The notes under the pieces: generated by a model | Databases searched by the model: none | What the model saw: only the letters and a program-made list of their open reading frames with translations | Told to the model about the DNA's origin: nothing | Shown: piece by piece, positions 56,201 through 64,000 of the stretch | Layout: each line of letters starts with the position of its first letter | Numbering within the stretch: position 1 is the stretch's first letter | Made by a program: the position numbers and the translations under genes | Origin: Terriglobia bacterium | Lineage (GTDB): Bacteria > Acidobacteriota > Terriglobia > Acidiferrales > UBA7541 | Assembly (NCBI GenBank): GCA_041484365.1 | Contig: JBGPHM010000011.1 | Location: 2,723-66,722, forward strand | Reading direction: 5' to 3' | Length of the DNA stretch: 64,000 nt

Positions 56201-56899
56201 GCCCCAGGTCAGCTTTTGAGTTGAGAATCCTTTGATGCCCGCATGATTCAAAATGCTCGGCAGCGAAGATGGAAAACCAAAACAATCCGGCAGCATGTAT
56301 TCCGCGCTGGCCTTGCCCAATTCGCGCCGGAAGAATTCGTTCCCGTAAAGAATCTGCCGGAACACGGATTCCGCCGAGGGCGAATTGACGTCGCTCTCTT
56401 CCATCGAGGAGCCCGCCGGGTACCACCGCCCTTTCGCGACGTACTCTTTCAGCTTCGCGAAATCGGCGGGGTAATATTCTTTGAACATCATGTAGCGATT
56501 TGCGCCGCTGAAATTGAAAATGTAGTGCGGATATTTCTCAAAGAGCGCGAAGTTGTCGTGCATCGTCTTCCCAAGATATTCGGAGATCACCTGCGGATAT
56601 TCCCAGCGCCATTGCGTATCGAGGTGAGCGTAGCCCACGACGTACAGTGTCGGCGTCTTCGTCAAATCCGGGCGCGAAGGTCCGGCGGGCCGCGGCGTGG
56701 CCGATTGACCCGCCTTTGCAGGCGGCTGCGCCTTCGCAGTTCCCTGCGCGCCAGCCTGAGGAGTTCCTTGCGATTGCGCCGCCACGCCGCCGAACACAAG
56801 ACATACGGCCAGAAATGGCGCGCCGAACAGCGCAGCGCCTCTCCGGATGCTTTTCGCATTCACGCCCGAGAACACAAAGTGCCTTTTCCGCGTAATCAT
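53273..56899 (-). CDS. exported GH38-like alpha-mannosidase family glycoside hydrolase (1208 aa)
   Basis: Signal peptide, then the GH38 N-terminal metal-site pattern YVVGYAHLDTQWRWEY. The large middle and C-terminal beta-rich regions are typical of bacterial GH38-related proteins. Confidence 0.8.
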   Translation of the reverse strand: MITRKRHFVFSGVNAKSIRRGAALFGAPFLAVCLVFGGVAAQSQGTPQAGAQGTAKAQPPAKAGQSATPRPAGPSRPDLTKTPTLYVVGYAHLDTQWRWEYPQVISEYLGKTMHDNFALFEKYPHYIFNFSGANRYMMFKEYYPADFAKLKEYVAKGRWYPAGSSMEESDVNSPSAESVFRQILYGNEFFRRELGKASAEYMLPDCFGFPSSLPSILNHAGIKGFSTQKLTWGSSAEGSPGTTSENTPIGIPFNVGFWQGPDGRGVIAAWNPGSYNGDITYDLSKSSANPARDYVDWPHRIDRNGRVSGVFTDYHYYGVGDTGGSPREPSVKLLEAIVTKSETVIPTPNAGRGGGGQAAQQAPPLAANPPVKVGDGPLRVVSSNADQMFLDIPPSQIARMPRYSGELELTNHTAGSISSQTIRKRWNRQNELLADAAERASVAAEWLGGRAYPMERMNRAWALVLGGQFHDIMAGTATPKSYEYSWNDDVLAMNQFAGVLTSATESIAAGMDTRATGDSVVVYNPLNISREDVVEARVPTLPHAMGGMPRGIQVFGPDGKEVPTQVISDDQSGLKLLFLAKVQSVGFSVFDVRGIGTPNSTVGELTVGDRSLENARYRVKLDDSGDVSSIFDKKISRELLSAPIRLALLTERPHDWPAWNMDYVDQTRAPRAYVEGPAHIRVVENGPVRIAIEVERDGERSHFVQAVRLSAGDAGNRVEFSNVIDWFTPEAALKAVFPLTASNPEATYNWDIGTITRGNDEPRKFEYASHQWFDLTDGSANFGVTILSDCKYGSDKPDNKTLRLTLLYTPGLGEGNSRGYIDQISQDWGHHEFVFGLAGHGSDWREAETDWQAYRLNQPLIAFATTQHDGGLGKSFSLLKTNNSRVRVLALKKAELSNEVIVRMVEMEGIPQTNVHIGFVAPVVSAREVNAQEQPLGVATVANGEVVTSFGAFQPRTFAVRLAAPTHASAATKSQAVTLTYDRAVSSKDGEKVATGFDDARHAIPAEMLPATVSYGGIQFKVASGGAGNPDALTARGQTITLPAGNFNRVYILAASSDGDQRATFRAGSYTPVDLTIQDWGGFIGQWDNRVWSRRQEPVPPRPDAPAPPPGTPPRMRTVMEYAGLTPGFIKRAPVAWFASHHHNADGTNAPYAYSYLFAYAIDLPAGAGTLTLPSNDKVRILAITVANEAPSVWPARPLYDTLQRGEQ

Positions 56900-56984
56900 T
56901 TCCCCTCGCTCGCTCCGCCTGTAATCACAGGCATCGGTCTTTCAGCACGCAAAAGATATGCAATCGACAAGAGGATTGCAATAA

Positions 56985-57004
56985 GGGCGGCCCGTAGGCC
57001 GCCC
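56985..57004 (-). terminator. hairpin after the DUF1501 gene
   Basis: Stem gggcggcc/ggccgccc with loop cgta, 40 nt after the stop. The T-tract is weak (TTATTG). Confidence 0.4.
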
Positions 57005-57043
57005 TTCAAGAGAATTCCCTGCGATGTCGATTGGAATCGAGGC

Positions 57044-58297
57044 CTATGTTTTCAGCAGCCGTGGGAACTTTCGCGAATCATTGTCAAAGCCCGGGAACAC
57101 CGCGTTCAAATTCTTTGTGCCGAGGTGCCCAGTCAGCACTTCGCCCAGCACAGACCTGAAGTCTGTCGTCACCGCAAGGTCGCGGCCTTCGTAAAGATGT
57201 TCATTCGAGAGCCCCGGCCACTTGCCGTACACTTTGCCGCCCTTCACCGGCCCGCCCATCAGGAACATGCAGTTCGCGTGGCCGTGGTCGGTGCCGCGGT
57301 TTCCGTTTTCATGCGCTGTGCGTCCGAATTCCGACATCGTGACGACCACGATATCTTCCATCCGGTCGCCCATATCTTTGTAAAACGCCGCGAGGCCCTG
57401 CCCCAAATCGCGCAGCAGGTTGGCGAGCTGCCCTTGCACGCCGCCTTCATTCACGTGATTGTCCCAGCCGCCGGTATCGAGGAACGCAACCTCCATGCCA
57501 ATGTTGGCCTTCAAGAGTTGTGCTACCTGTTGGATGCTTTGGCCGTAACGGTTCTTCGGATAGTCCGCCCCATTTTCGGGCTGGAATTGGCTCGGGTTCG
57601 CCTTCTTCAGCATGTCAATCGCTTCAAACGTCTCCGTGCCCGTTCCTCGTAACGCCGTGTCAACAGTCTGCGCGTACATCGCTTCAAAACCGCCCTGAAT
57701 CATTTGCGATCCGGCGCCCGCCATTACCTGGAATTGCTTTACGTCCGGCATCGCAATCGCGGGCGCGGAGCCGAGCAGTGTACGCGGCAGGTTTGGCCCC
57801 AACGCCACCGCGCGGAAAGGCGTCGCGTTTTCTTCGGGCAGAAATTGCATCGTTCGGTTCAACCACCCGTCATCCGTGGACTTCACGCCCGGAGTACCGG
57901 ACTCCATGTAATCCTGTGCGTCGAAATGTGATCGGGTCGTATCCGGCGATCCTGCCGCATGAACGATGGCAAGTTGCCCCTTGTGGAATAACTCGCTGAG
58001 CGGCGCAAGCGATGGATGCACGCCAAAGAACCCGTCGAGGTCAATCACCGCCAGTTCTCCTCCGCGCCGTGGTTCCGGGATCGCGATGGACGGCCTCATT
58101 TTGTAATAATTCGTCTCGCCGAATGGCACGACGATATTCAATCCGTCCGCTGCGCCGCGCTGAAATAAAACGACAAGCTTCTTCTTGTTCGGCATGCCCG
58201 TCGCGGCCACGGCCCGCTGCAAGAAAGTGGGCAGCGTGCTCAGTCCCAGCATCGCGATTCCGCTATTCTTGATAAAGATTCGCCGCGAGATCTGCAT
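57044..58297 (-). CDS. DUF1501 (sulfatase-fold) protein with a twin-arginine signal
   Basis: Tat-like MQISRRIFIKNSGIAMLGLS. DUF1501 hallmark TMSEFGRTAHENGNRGTDHGHAN. Confidence 0.9.
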   Translation of the reverse strand: MQISRRIFIKNSGIAMLGLSTLPTFLQRAVAATGMPNKKKLVVLFQRGAADGLNIVVPFGETNYYKMRPSIAIPEPRRGGELAVIDLDGFFGVHPSLAPLSELFHKGQLAIVHAAGSPDTTRSHFDAQDYMESGTPGVKSTDDGWLNRTMQFLPEENATPFRAVALGPNLPRTLLGSAPAIAMPDVKQFQVMAGAGSQMIQGGFEAMYAQTVDTALRGTGTETFEAIDMLKKANPSQFQPENGADYPKNRYGQSIQQVAQLLKANIGMEVAFLDTGGWDNHVNEGGVQGQLANLLRDLGQGLAAFYKDMGDRMEDIVVVTMSEFGRTAHENGNRGTDHGHANCMFLMGGPVKGGKVYGKWPGLSNEHLYEGRDLAVTTDFRSVLGEVLTGHLGTKNLNAVFPGFDNDSRKFPRLLKT

Positions 58298-58336
58298 TGC
58301 CGTTCTCCCCTCGCAATCCGTGCCTACGAAAGTTCG

Positions 58337-60331
58337 CTACCTGCGCTGAAATTCCGGCGCACCCAACACAAGCCCTGTCACCATGCCTATATTCACTTGC
58401 TTTATGGGATCGTCGAGCCGCGCATGAAGCAAATTCGGGTCTGACAGTTGCTTTTCTAGCGTCGTCCGCGTTTGCGCGGAAATATTTCCGTACAGCAATA
58501 TCTCGATGGATTTGTCGAGAACATTCTTTGGGTCCTGCGTCGCGTCCATTCCAACCAGTTGCGCCATGTCCACATGCGTACCGCGCATCCGGCCCCCTGC
58601 CAGCGTGAGTGAATAGTTCAGCCGGTTGAGCAGCGCGCCCGTGTTTACCCAGGTCTCCGCATTGTCCTTGTACCCGGTCGGCGGCTGGCACTGGTACAGC
58701 GGCTGGCCAATCCGCGCCGTCCACATCACCATGGGCAGCGGCATGTCAATGTTTGCATTCACCGCGCGCGCGGCGGACACCACCAGTTCAAAGGGCGTCT
58801 TAATCTTCGAGCGGAACGCCTCGCGCGACCAAAACTCCGGCGAATAAATCATCGTGTGCATAACGGCTTTGGTGTCGCCGTCACTCGAAATAAATGTCTT
58901 GGTCATCCTGTCGACAAGCGCCGCGGGCGGCGTGTCACTCACAAAGTGCTCAGCAATCTGAAACGCGATGTGATGAGCCGTGTGTGGGTCGTGTGTAAGC
59001 AGGTGGATGACATCCAACCCTTCCTTCATCCCGCCCTGCTCGATGGTGTGGTCCAGTACCAGCTTTGACCCGCCAATGTGCATTTGATCGTTGTAGAAAA
59101 AGTCGGGGTTCTGCTGCGGCTGGCGAATGGTCCAACCCGTAAAACACTTCGCCACTTCGATGACATCTTTTTGCGTATAGCCGCCATCCACGCCGAGCGT
59201 GTGAAGCTCCATCAGCTCGCGGCCATAGTTTTCGTTCAAACCAAATTCGCGCTTCCGCTGTTGCTGCTGTTGTTGCGGAAACCGTCCTTGTTGCCCTCCA
59301 AATAGCGGCCTGCGCTGCATGGGACGCTGGTATGCGATGCGCTGCGGCGTGTTCGGATCGGCGCTCAACCAATTGTCCAGGTAGAAAAGCATCGCCGGAC
59401 TCTTCGCCGTCGCTACGACCAGGTCTTCAAATCTCCCCATGGCGTGCGGACGGATCGCGTCGCGCTCGTAGGCCGTCATCATCCAGCGGTCCGCGCCCTT
59501 GTTCGCGAAAATATTGAAATGGTTGAACCAGAAGTCCGCCAGCACTTCATAAAGTTGACGCTCGCTGTAAACCGCGCGGTCAACCTTCGCCATGCTGAGC
59601 TCGGACGTCACGCGCTGTGGAGATTTATTTTGCAGGTAAGCCTGCATTGGGCTTCGGTTGGGATCGCCGCCGTTATAACCCTGCCGATTGATATTCGAGG
59701 GCCGGCCGGATGCATCTATATCGCCTCCCGCATCCCCATTCTGCTGGTCTCCCATCGCGGCATTCATTTGACGGTTGGCTTGCTGCTGCTTTGCTTGCTG
59801 CTCTTTGCGGTATTCCTCGATGGTCTTCCCTTCGCGCCGTGCGGCCACTTGCGGCTGCGGGAATTCATTGAGCAACTTGGCTGAACTCATTTTCAGCGTC
59901 GGATATTTCTCCAATCGCGACTGCAATTCTGAATCGTTGATCGAATCCGGATCGAGTTGCTGCTCAATCCATTTCGACAGCCCCATTTTCCGGACGAGTT
60001 CCACATCTCCGGGCCTCGGCCCGTATGTCAACCGGTTTAGTGCGTGAAGTATCGCTTCTGTTTCATCCAATTCTGTAATGGGGAGTCCCTTGATAGCGGG
60101 GCTCGCAACCGCCGCGGGAGTATTCGGATTCTTCTTGTTTTTTTTCTGACCCTTTTGCTGGCCACCCTTCGCGGCGGCAAACGGCGCGCTAAGAATCAGC
60201 AGTGCGGCAAGGAAACACGCAACAGCGCCCACAACTGAATTTCGGCGCCATCTCCTTCTTTCCGCGGATGCAAACTGTTTGTGCGAAATCCGACCGGCCA
60301 TGCAATCTCTCCTCGTGCGTGGCAATTTCAT
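58337..60331 (-). CDS. DUF1800 domain protein
   Basis: Contains LNRLTYGPRPGD and NENYGRELMELHTLGVDGGYTQKDVIEVAKCFTGWT. It forms the classic partnership with the downstream DUF1501 gene (39-nt gap). Confidence 0.9.
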   Translation of the reverse strand: MKLPRTRRDCMAGRISHKQFASAERRRWRRNSVVGAVACFLAALLILSAPFAAAKGGQQKGQKKNKKNPNTPAAVASPAIKGLPITELDETEAILHALNRLTYGPRPGDVELVRKMGLSKWIEQQLDPDSINDSELQSRLEKYPTLKMSSAKLLNEFPQPQVAARREGKTIEEYRKEQQAKQQQANRQMNAAMGDQQNGDAGGDIDASGRPSNINRQGYNGGDPNRSPMQAYLQNKSPQRVTSELSMAKVDRAVYSERQLYEVLADFWFNHFNIFANKGADRWMMTAYERDAIRPHAMGRFEDLVVATAKSPAMLFYLDNWLSADPNTPQRIAYQRPMQRRPLFGGQQGRFPQQQQQQRKREFGLNENYGRELMELHTLGVDGGYTQKDVIEVAKCFTGWTIRQPQQNPDFFYNDQMHIGGSKLVLDHTIEQGGMKEGLDVIHLLTHDPHTAHHIAFQIAEHFVSDTPPAALVDRMTKTFISSDGDTKAVMHTMIYSPEFWSREAFRSKIKTPFELVVSAARAVNANIDMPLPMVMWTARIGQPLYQCQPPTGYKDNAETWVNTGALLNRLNYSLTLAGGRMRGTHVDMAQLVGMDATQDPKNVLDKSIEILLYGNISAQTRTTLEKQLSDPNLLHARLDDPIKQVNIGMVTGLVLGAPEFQRR

Positions 60332-60449
60332 CGTCGAGCGCGGGTCTTCCAGTTCTCTCTCTTTTAAGTGTAACCCCTATGCCACGGCAAAGTTGCGCGC
60401 CATTCGCTGACTGTTCCTCTGGATGCAGGCGCAGATACAATGGGCCGCA

Positions 60450-60689
60450 CTAATCAACGTTCGTAGCGCCTGCGCGAAATGCATCCAGAGTCCAGACATC
60501 CTTTTCCAGCGAATGGCGCAACACGTAGGAATTTCCATCCGACGCCTTCACACGAAAATAGGTCGCATCCGGCGAATACCACTGGTCATCAACGGAAATA
60601 ACCTGGAGGAATTTCTCGCCCAGCGCGAATCGCACCGGTCTTTCGTCGGCGCGATGGCCGGAATAGCATTGAACGTGAATTTCGCTCAT
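60450..60689 (-). CDS. hypothetical small protein (79 aa)
   Basis: Translation: MSEIHVQCYSGHRADERPVRFALGEKFLQVISVDDQWYSPDATYFRVKASDGNSYVLRHSLEKDVWTLDAF. The composition is protein-like. I do not recognise a family. Confidence 0.5.
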   Translation of the reverse strand: MSEIHVQCYSGHRADERPVRFALGEKFLQVISVDDQWYSPDATYFRVKASDGNSYVLRHSLEKDVWTLDAFRAGATNVD

Positions 60690-60716
60690 CGCCGGTAATC
60701 CAAAGCGTAGCAGAAA

Positions 60717-61544
60717 CTATGCGGGTGCGGTGCTCTTGCCGCAACCGCAATGCTCCGCGTTATATGCCGCGCCGAGAATGATGATCACGGTCGTGAGGTT
60801 CATCCACAGAAGCAAACCAATCGCTGTCGCCAACCCTCCATAAACCAGGTTGTACGGGACATGGCGCATGTAAAGGCCAAAGCACCAGCTCACCAGCCAC
60901 CAGATCGGTGTCACCACGATCGCACCCGGCAGCACCTCTCGCCAGCTCTTCACTCCTGACACGCCCACGCGATAAACCACCGCAAGCACCAGCATCGCCA
61001 GGACCCACGCCGCCGCGGTCAGTCCTATTGAAAAGAGGACGCGGATCAGCACGGGCGAGCTGAATTGCTGCTGAATTACAAGGCGCATTTGCTTCCCGAA
61101 AACAGCGAGCGCAATCGCCAGCACTGTCGGCGCGAGCGTCACACTGAGCAGTAGCAGCGCTCGCGGGATCTGTTCAATCGGCCGCGGACGCTCCTTCCCT
61201 TGCGCCAGATGAAATCCTTCGATCAGCATCCGCATCATCTGCGTCCCGGCGATGAGCGTTCCCAGCAGCCCGACGGAAATCCAACTCACCGGGTGTTCCG
61301 CGTGGCGCTTCAGGAAATCTTGCATCACTTGCGCAATGCCGGGGGGCATCAGCGGGCCCAGGCCGCTTATCATTTCCTCAACGCCCGTCCGTAGGACATT
61401 CCAACTGCTCACTACGCCCAGGATGAGTAGGATCATCGGGAAAAACGCGATGAACATGTTGAAAGCTGCCGCCTGTGCTTGCGTCACACACGCCGGCCAG
61501 ATGCGTCCCAGGGCCTTCCACAGGCATCGAAAGAATTTTCCCAT
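60717..61544 (-). CDS. YihY/BrkB-family membrane protein
   Basis: Contains AAFNMFIAFFPMILLILG plus 5-6 TMs ending ...LLWMNLTTVIIILGAAYNAE. Confidence 0.88.
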   Translation of the reverse strand: MGKFFRCLWKALGRIWPACVTQAQAAAFNMFIAFFPMILLILGVVSSWNVLRTGVEEMISGLGPLMPPGIAQVMQDFLKRHAEHPVSWISVGLLGTLIAGTQMMRMLIEGFHLAQGKERPRPIEQIPRALLLLSVTLAPTVLAIALAVFGKQMRLVIQQQFSSPVLIRVLFSIGLTAAAWVLAMLVLAVVYRVGVSGVKSWREVLPGAIVVTPIWWLVSWCFGLYMRHVPYNLVYGGLATAIGLLLWMNLTTVIIILGAAYNAEHCGCGKSTAPA

Positions 61545-61795
61545 TTTGCGTCGTGCGGGATTATACAGACTTGTACCCGCCGATTCCCCTCTATTCAGAG
61601 GGAGGCCGCGCCCTTTTGGTTACAGCTTCGCGCACCGCTGTGTGTTAGAATTGCCAAATCATCCAGCCTTTTTGTTTTCAAATTGGGGATTCATCGGAGA
61701 TTAGTCACGTCCGCAAGCGACCTGCTCTTAATTGATGGACTCAAACGGCGCTTCGCGCCTATTGAATCAACTATGCGTTTCGTTTCAAAAGGAGC

Positions 61796-62953
61796 ATGGA
61801 TATGTTGAGCGTCAATAGTCATCCGGCAGGCAATGTGATGCGCGCTGGCCGCGTCGTATTTTTCTTTACCACGCTTGGGCTGCTTTTCTCCGGCTTGGTA
61901 TCTCTTGTCTCTGCCTCGAAAGCGCAAGATCGTAGATATGAGGGCCGCCCCGTTGCCCGCCTCGTCGAACTGCGCGGCGACGCGGATTTCCAGGAAAATG
62001 GTCGCGATTGGCGCGATGCCCGCTCCGGAATGGAGCTACCGCCCGATTTCGATTTCCGCACTCGCCGGTCCACGGAGGCAACTTTGCAATTCGCCGATGG
62101 ACAACGGATTACGGTCGGCGATGATTCCCTCCTTCAGGTCCGCTCCTCAATGGACCGCGGCCGATTCTCCCGCATCGAGCTGACGCTTATCGCCGGTGTT
62201 CTCCACGCGCGGGTTGACCGCATCGCGGCATTCATTGCAGATTTCGATATCAACACGCCCAATACAAGGATTGATGTTCAAGGCGGTGTCTTCGCAATTC
62301 GATACGACGAACGCAGGCAGACCACCCGAATTGCCGTGGATGATGGCCGCCTGGATGTTGACCCGATTAATCCTGCTCTCCGTTCCTTCAGGGTCGGGCG
62401 CGGTGAGACAGTCGAGGTCACTCCCGGCAGCATCAATCCCTTCCGTGGCGATTTCAATCGTTGGGACGACGATCGGCAGCCCGCCCCTCAGCCGCTATAC
62501 CCTCCTCGGCCTCTTAATCCGGGCGGTGCCGTGTATGGCGGCGTTTGTATTGCGGACGGTTCAGGCCCCGGCTCCACGGATCGAAACGAGCACTTCCGCT
62601 GGGCGCGCGATCACAATCTCCAGGAAGTCGATGCCAATCTACGCATGAAGCTCGAAATGCTTTTCCGCTGCAACCTTCTGAACGATAGCCAGCTTTCCGA
62701 TTTTTTTGCGGACATCTCAGTTCTCGTCGGCCGGAATGTTTCCAATGCCGGTTGCTTCAATGGAGATCGGGGCTCCACAGGTACGGATCGTAGAAAGCAT
62801 CAGGATTGGGCGCGCGGGAAAGGGCGCGAGGCCATGCTCGAAAATGTCGAGTGGAAGGTTTCGGCCGCACTCCATTGCATGGATCGCAACCGGGCGAACA
62901 ATTTCTTCGCGGATGTATCCGTCGTTATCGCTAAGGGCCGCGTCCGCATGTAA
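61796..62953 (+). CDS. membrane-anchored FecR-domain protein with a duplicated 2-Cys C-terminal module
   Basis: AAGGAG is the ribosome-binding site. N-terminal TM VVFFFTTLGLLFSGLVSLV. The FecR-like beta region is TLQFADGQRITVGDDSLLQV...DINTPNTRIDVQGGVFAI. A Pro-rich linker precedes two repeats of about 60 aa. Confidence 0.7.
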   Translation: MDMLSVNSHPAGNVMRAGRVVFFFTTLGLLFSGLVSLVSASKAQDRRYEGRPVARLVELRGDADFQENGRDWRDARSGMELPPDFDFRTRRSTEATLQFADGQRITVGDDSLLQVRSSMDRGRFSRIELTLIAGVLHARVDRIAAFIADFDINTPNTRIDVQGGVFAIRYDERRQTTRIAVDDGRLDVDPINPALRSFRVGRGETVEVTPGSINPFRGDFNRWDDDRQPAPQPLYPPRPLNPGGAVYGGVCIADGSGPGSTDRNEHFRWARDHNLQEVDANLRMKLEMLFRCNLLNDSQLSDFFADISVLVGRNVSNAGCFNGDRGSTGTDRRKHQDWARGKGREAMLENVEWKVSAALHCMDRNRANNFFADVSVVIAKGRVRM

Positions 62954-62969
62954 TCTCGCGTTTGCGCCC

Positions 62970-63734
62970 TTAGTACGTCAGCCGTCCCTTAAACATCATC
63001 TTTTCCGTGTGGAATTCCACCAGCCCGCGCGTCGGAGGAAGATCTCCGATGCGCGGATTCGGGAACTCAACCTGGAACGACTTGTCGCCTTCCCTCACGG
63101 TCGGCTCCCCATTAAACATCCGCGGAAAAACAAGATCGAATTCCAACGTGCCGCTTTTTGGAGAGATAAACCGGACCGGACCCACATGGTCGCTGCGTGG
63201 AGTGATAATAAAAGTGTTTGAGGGTATCGACTCTTCCGGAACGCTCTGCCAGTCCACCGCAAGCGCGCGCTCAAATCTCTGAATGTTTGAGCTGTACATC
63301 ACATGCACGACGATCTCATTCTCATAGTCATGCGCGAGCGCCGCTTCCGCATCGGCATCGAATTTCTTTCTCTCTTCTTCGGTCATCTTGTCGTATTTCT
63401 TCCTGATCTGATCCTGTCGAACAAAAGCTTCGCGCACCGGCAGCGCCGACCGGAGTTCCACGTAATAGATGATCTCTTCCCTGCCTTCTCCAGCCGCGCC
63501 TCGCTGCGCCGCACCCGTTTCCGAGGGGAGCCCCCGGCTTACAATGGACTTTCCCACGGAATACTTCTTCGCCCACGGAGAATCCTCGAGCATTTTGCGG
63601 ACGTCATCCTTTGACCATTGCTTCCAATCTTTCTTTTCCCAGAACCCTTCCGCCCGTGCAGCAAGCGACACAATCGTCCCGGCGACTCCCAGTAAAAGAA
63701 CAGCCAAAGCTCCTGCTAAGTGGCGATGCCTCAA
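62970..63734 (-). CDS. exported hypothetical protein, paralogue of 28575..29327
   Basis: TTG-63734 is preceded by GAGGAGG. Signal peptide MRHRHLAGALAVLLLGVAGTIVSLAARA followed by EGFWEKKDWKQWSKDDVRKMLEDSPWAKKY. The ORF opens at 63794. Confidence 0.7.
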   Translation of the reverse strand: MRHRHLAGALAVLLLGVAGTIVSLAARAEGFWEKKDWKQWSKDDVRKMLEDSPWAKKYSVGKSIVSRGLPSETGAAQRGAAGEGREEIIYYVELRSALPVREAFVRQDQIRKKYDKMTEEERKKFDADAEAALAHDYENEIVVHVMYSSNIQRFERALAVDWQSVPEESIPSNTFIITPRSDHVGPVRFISPKSGTLEFDLVFPRMFNGEPTVREGDKSFQVEFPNPRIGDLPPTRGLVEFHTEKMMFKGRLTY

Positions 63735-63888
63735 AGTTGCCTCCTCATGCCCGCCCCGACTCGACTTTCGTCCGCGCGAAACAGCAGACCGCAACCCTTT
63801 GTCTCATTGCCCAGAATGTACAAAACATATTCCCGGTTGCCTGCGCCGTCAATTCCCTATTGATGGAATTGGTCTTTTGGCTTGCACC

Positions 63889-64000
63889 CTACTGCCCGCT
63901 CATGCTTCTGAAGTAGGTGTGCACTTGTTGCGCGGGGCTGGTTTCCGAGTACGCGATAATGAGACCGCTTTTTGTCTCGAAAACGCACATCAATTGCCAG
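63889..64000 (-). CDS. 3' end of an unidentified gene entering from beyond the window
   Basis: The minus-strand frame gives ...WQLMCVFETKSGLIIAYSETSPAQQVHTYFRSMSGQ* and stops at 63889-63891. GC3 is about 72%, against about 44% in the alternative open frame. Confidence 0.35.
   Translation of the reverse strand, partial: WQLMCVFETKSGLIIAYSETSPAQQVHTYFRSMSGQ

Noticed and set aside
56243-57652. A 469-aa plus-strand ORF spanning the GH38 5' end, an intergenic gap and the DUF1501 3' end.
   Set aside because: It crosses a terminator-like hairpin and an intergenic spacer. It has an Arg-rich nonsense composition and is antisense to two well-supported genes.

Overview
This is a gene-dense (about 90% coding), GC-rich (roughly 58-60% by eye) chromosomal segment. 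It holds about 55 protein genes and one tRNA. I found no rRNA, CRISPR array, IS/transposase, integrase or recognisable defence gene. The gene content suggests an Acidobacteriota-like soil bacterium: an ATPase-less FtsX permease, a DUF1800/DUF1501 pair, a giant GH38-like glycosidase, a secretin with a cohesin-like tail and many exported hypotheticals. That assignment is inference only. Most of the window is core metabolism and translation: glmS, metG, argS, pepA, smpB, ggt, glgB, thiG, a phosphohexomutase, hppA, and a histidine-utilisation operon (hutU, NmrA-like gene, hutI, fused ftcD). I did not find a convincing, complete novel multi-gene system. The best follow-up candidates are: (1) an orphan secretin plus three pseudopilins at 14.9-18.6 kb, where the secretin is fused to a lipoprotein-TPR head and a cohesin-like tail; (2) an unannotated 59-codon Cys-rich (Zn-ribbon-like) ORF translationally coupled to a degenerate RsbW/GHKL-like protein at 48.2-48.8 kb; (3) a minus-strand cluster of exported hypotheticals around an ATPase-less FtsX permease at 27.8-31.4 kb, with a paralogue at 63 kb; (4) tandem His-rich paralogues after glgB; (5) a FecR-like protein with a duplicated 2-Cys C-terminal module; (6) a barrel-less POTRA protein. 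All functional calls rest on motif recognition by eye. No database search or folding program was run.
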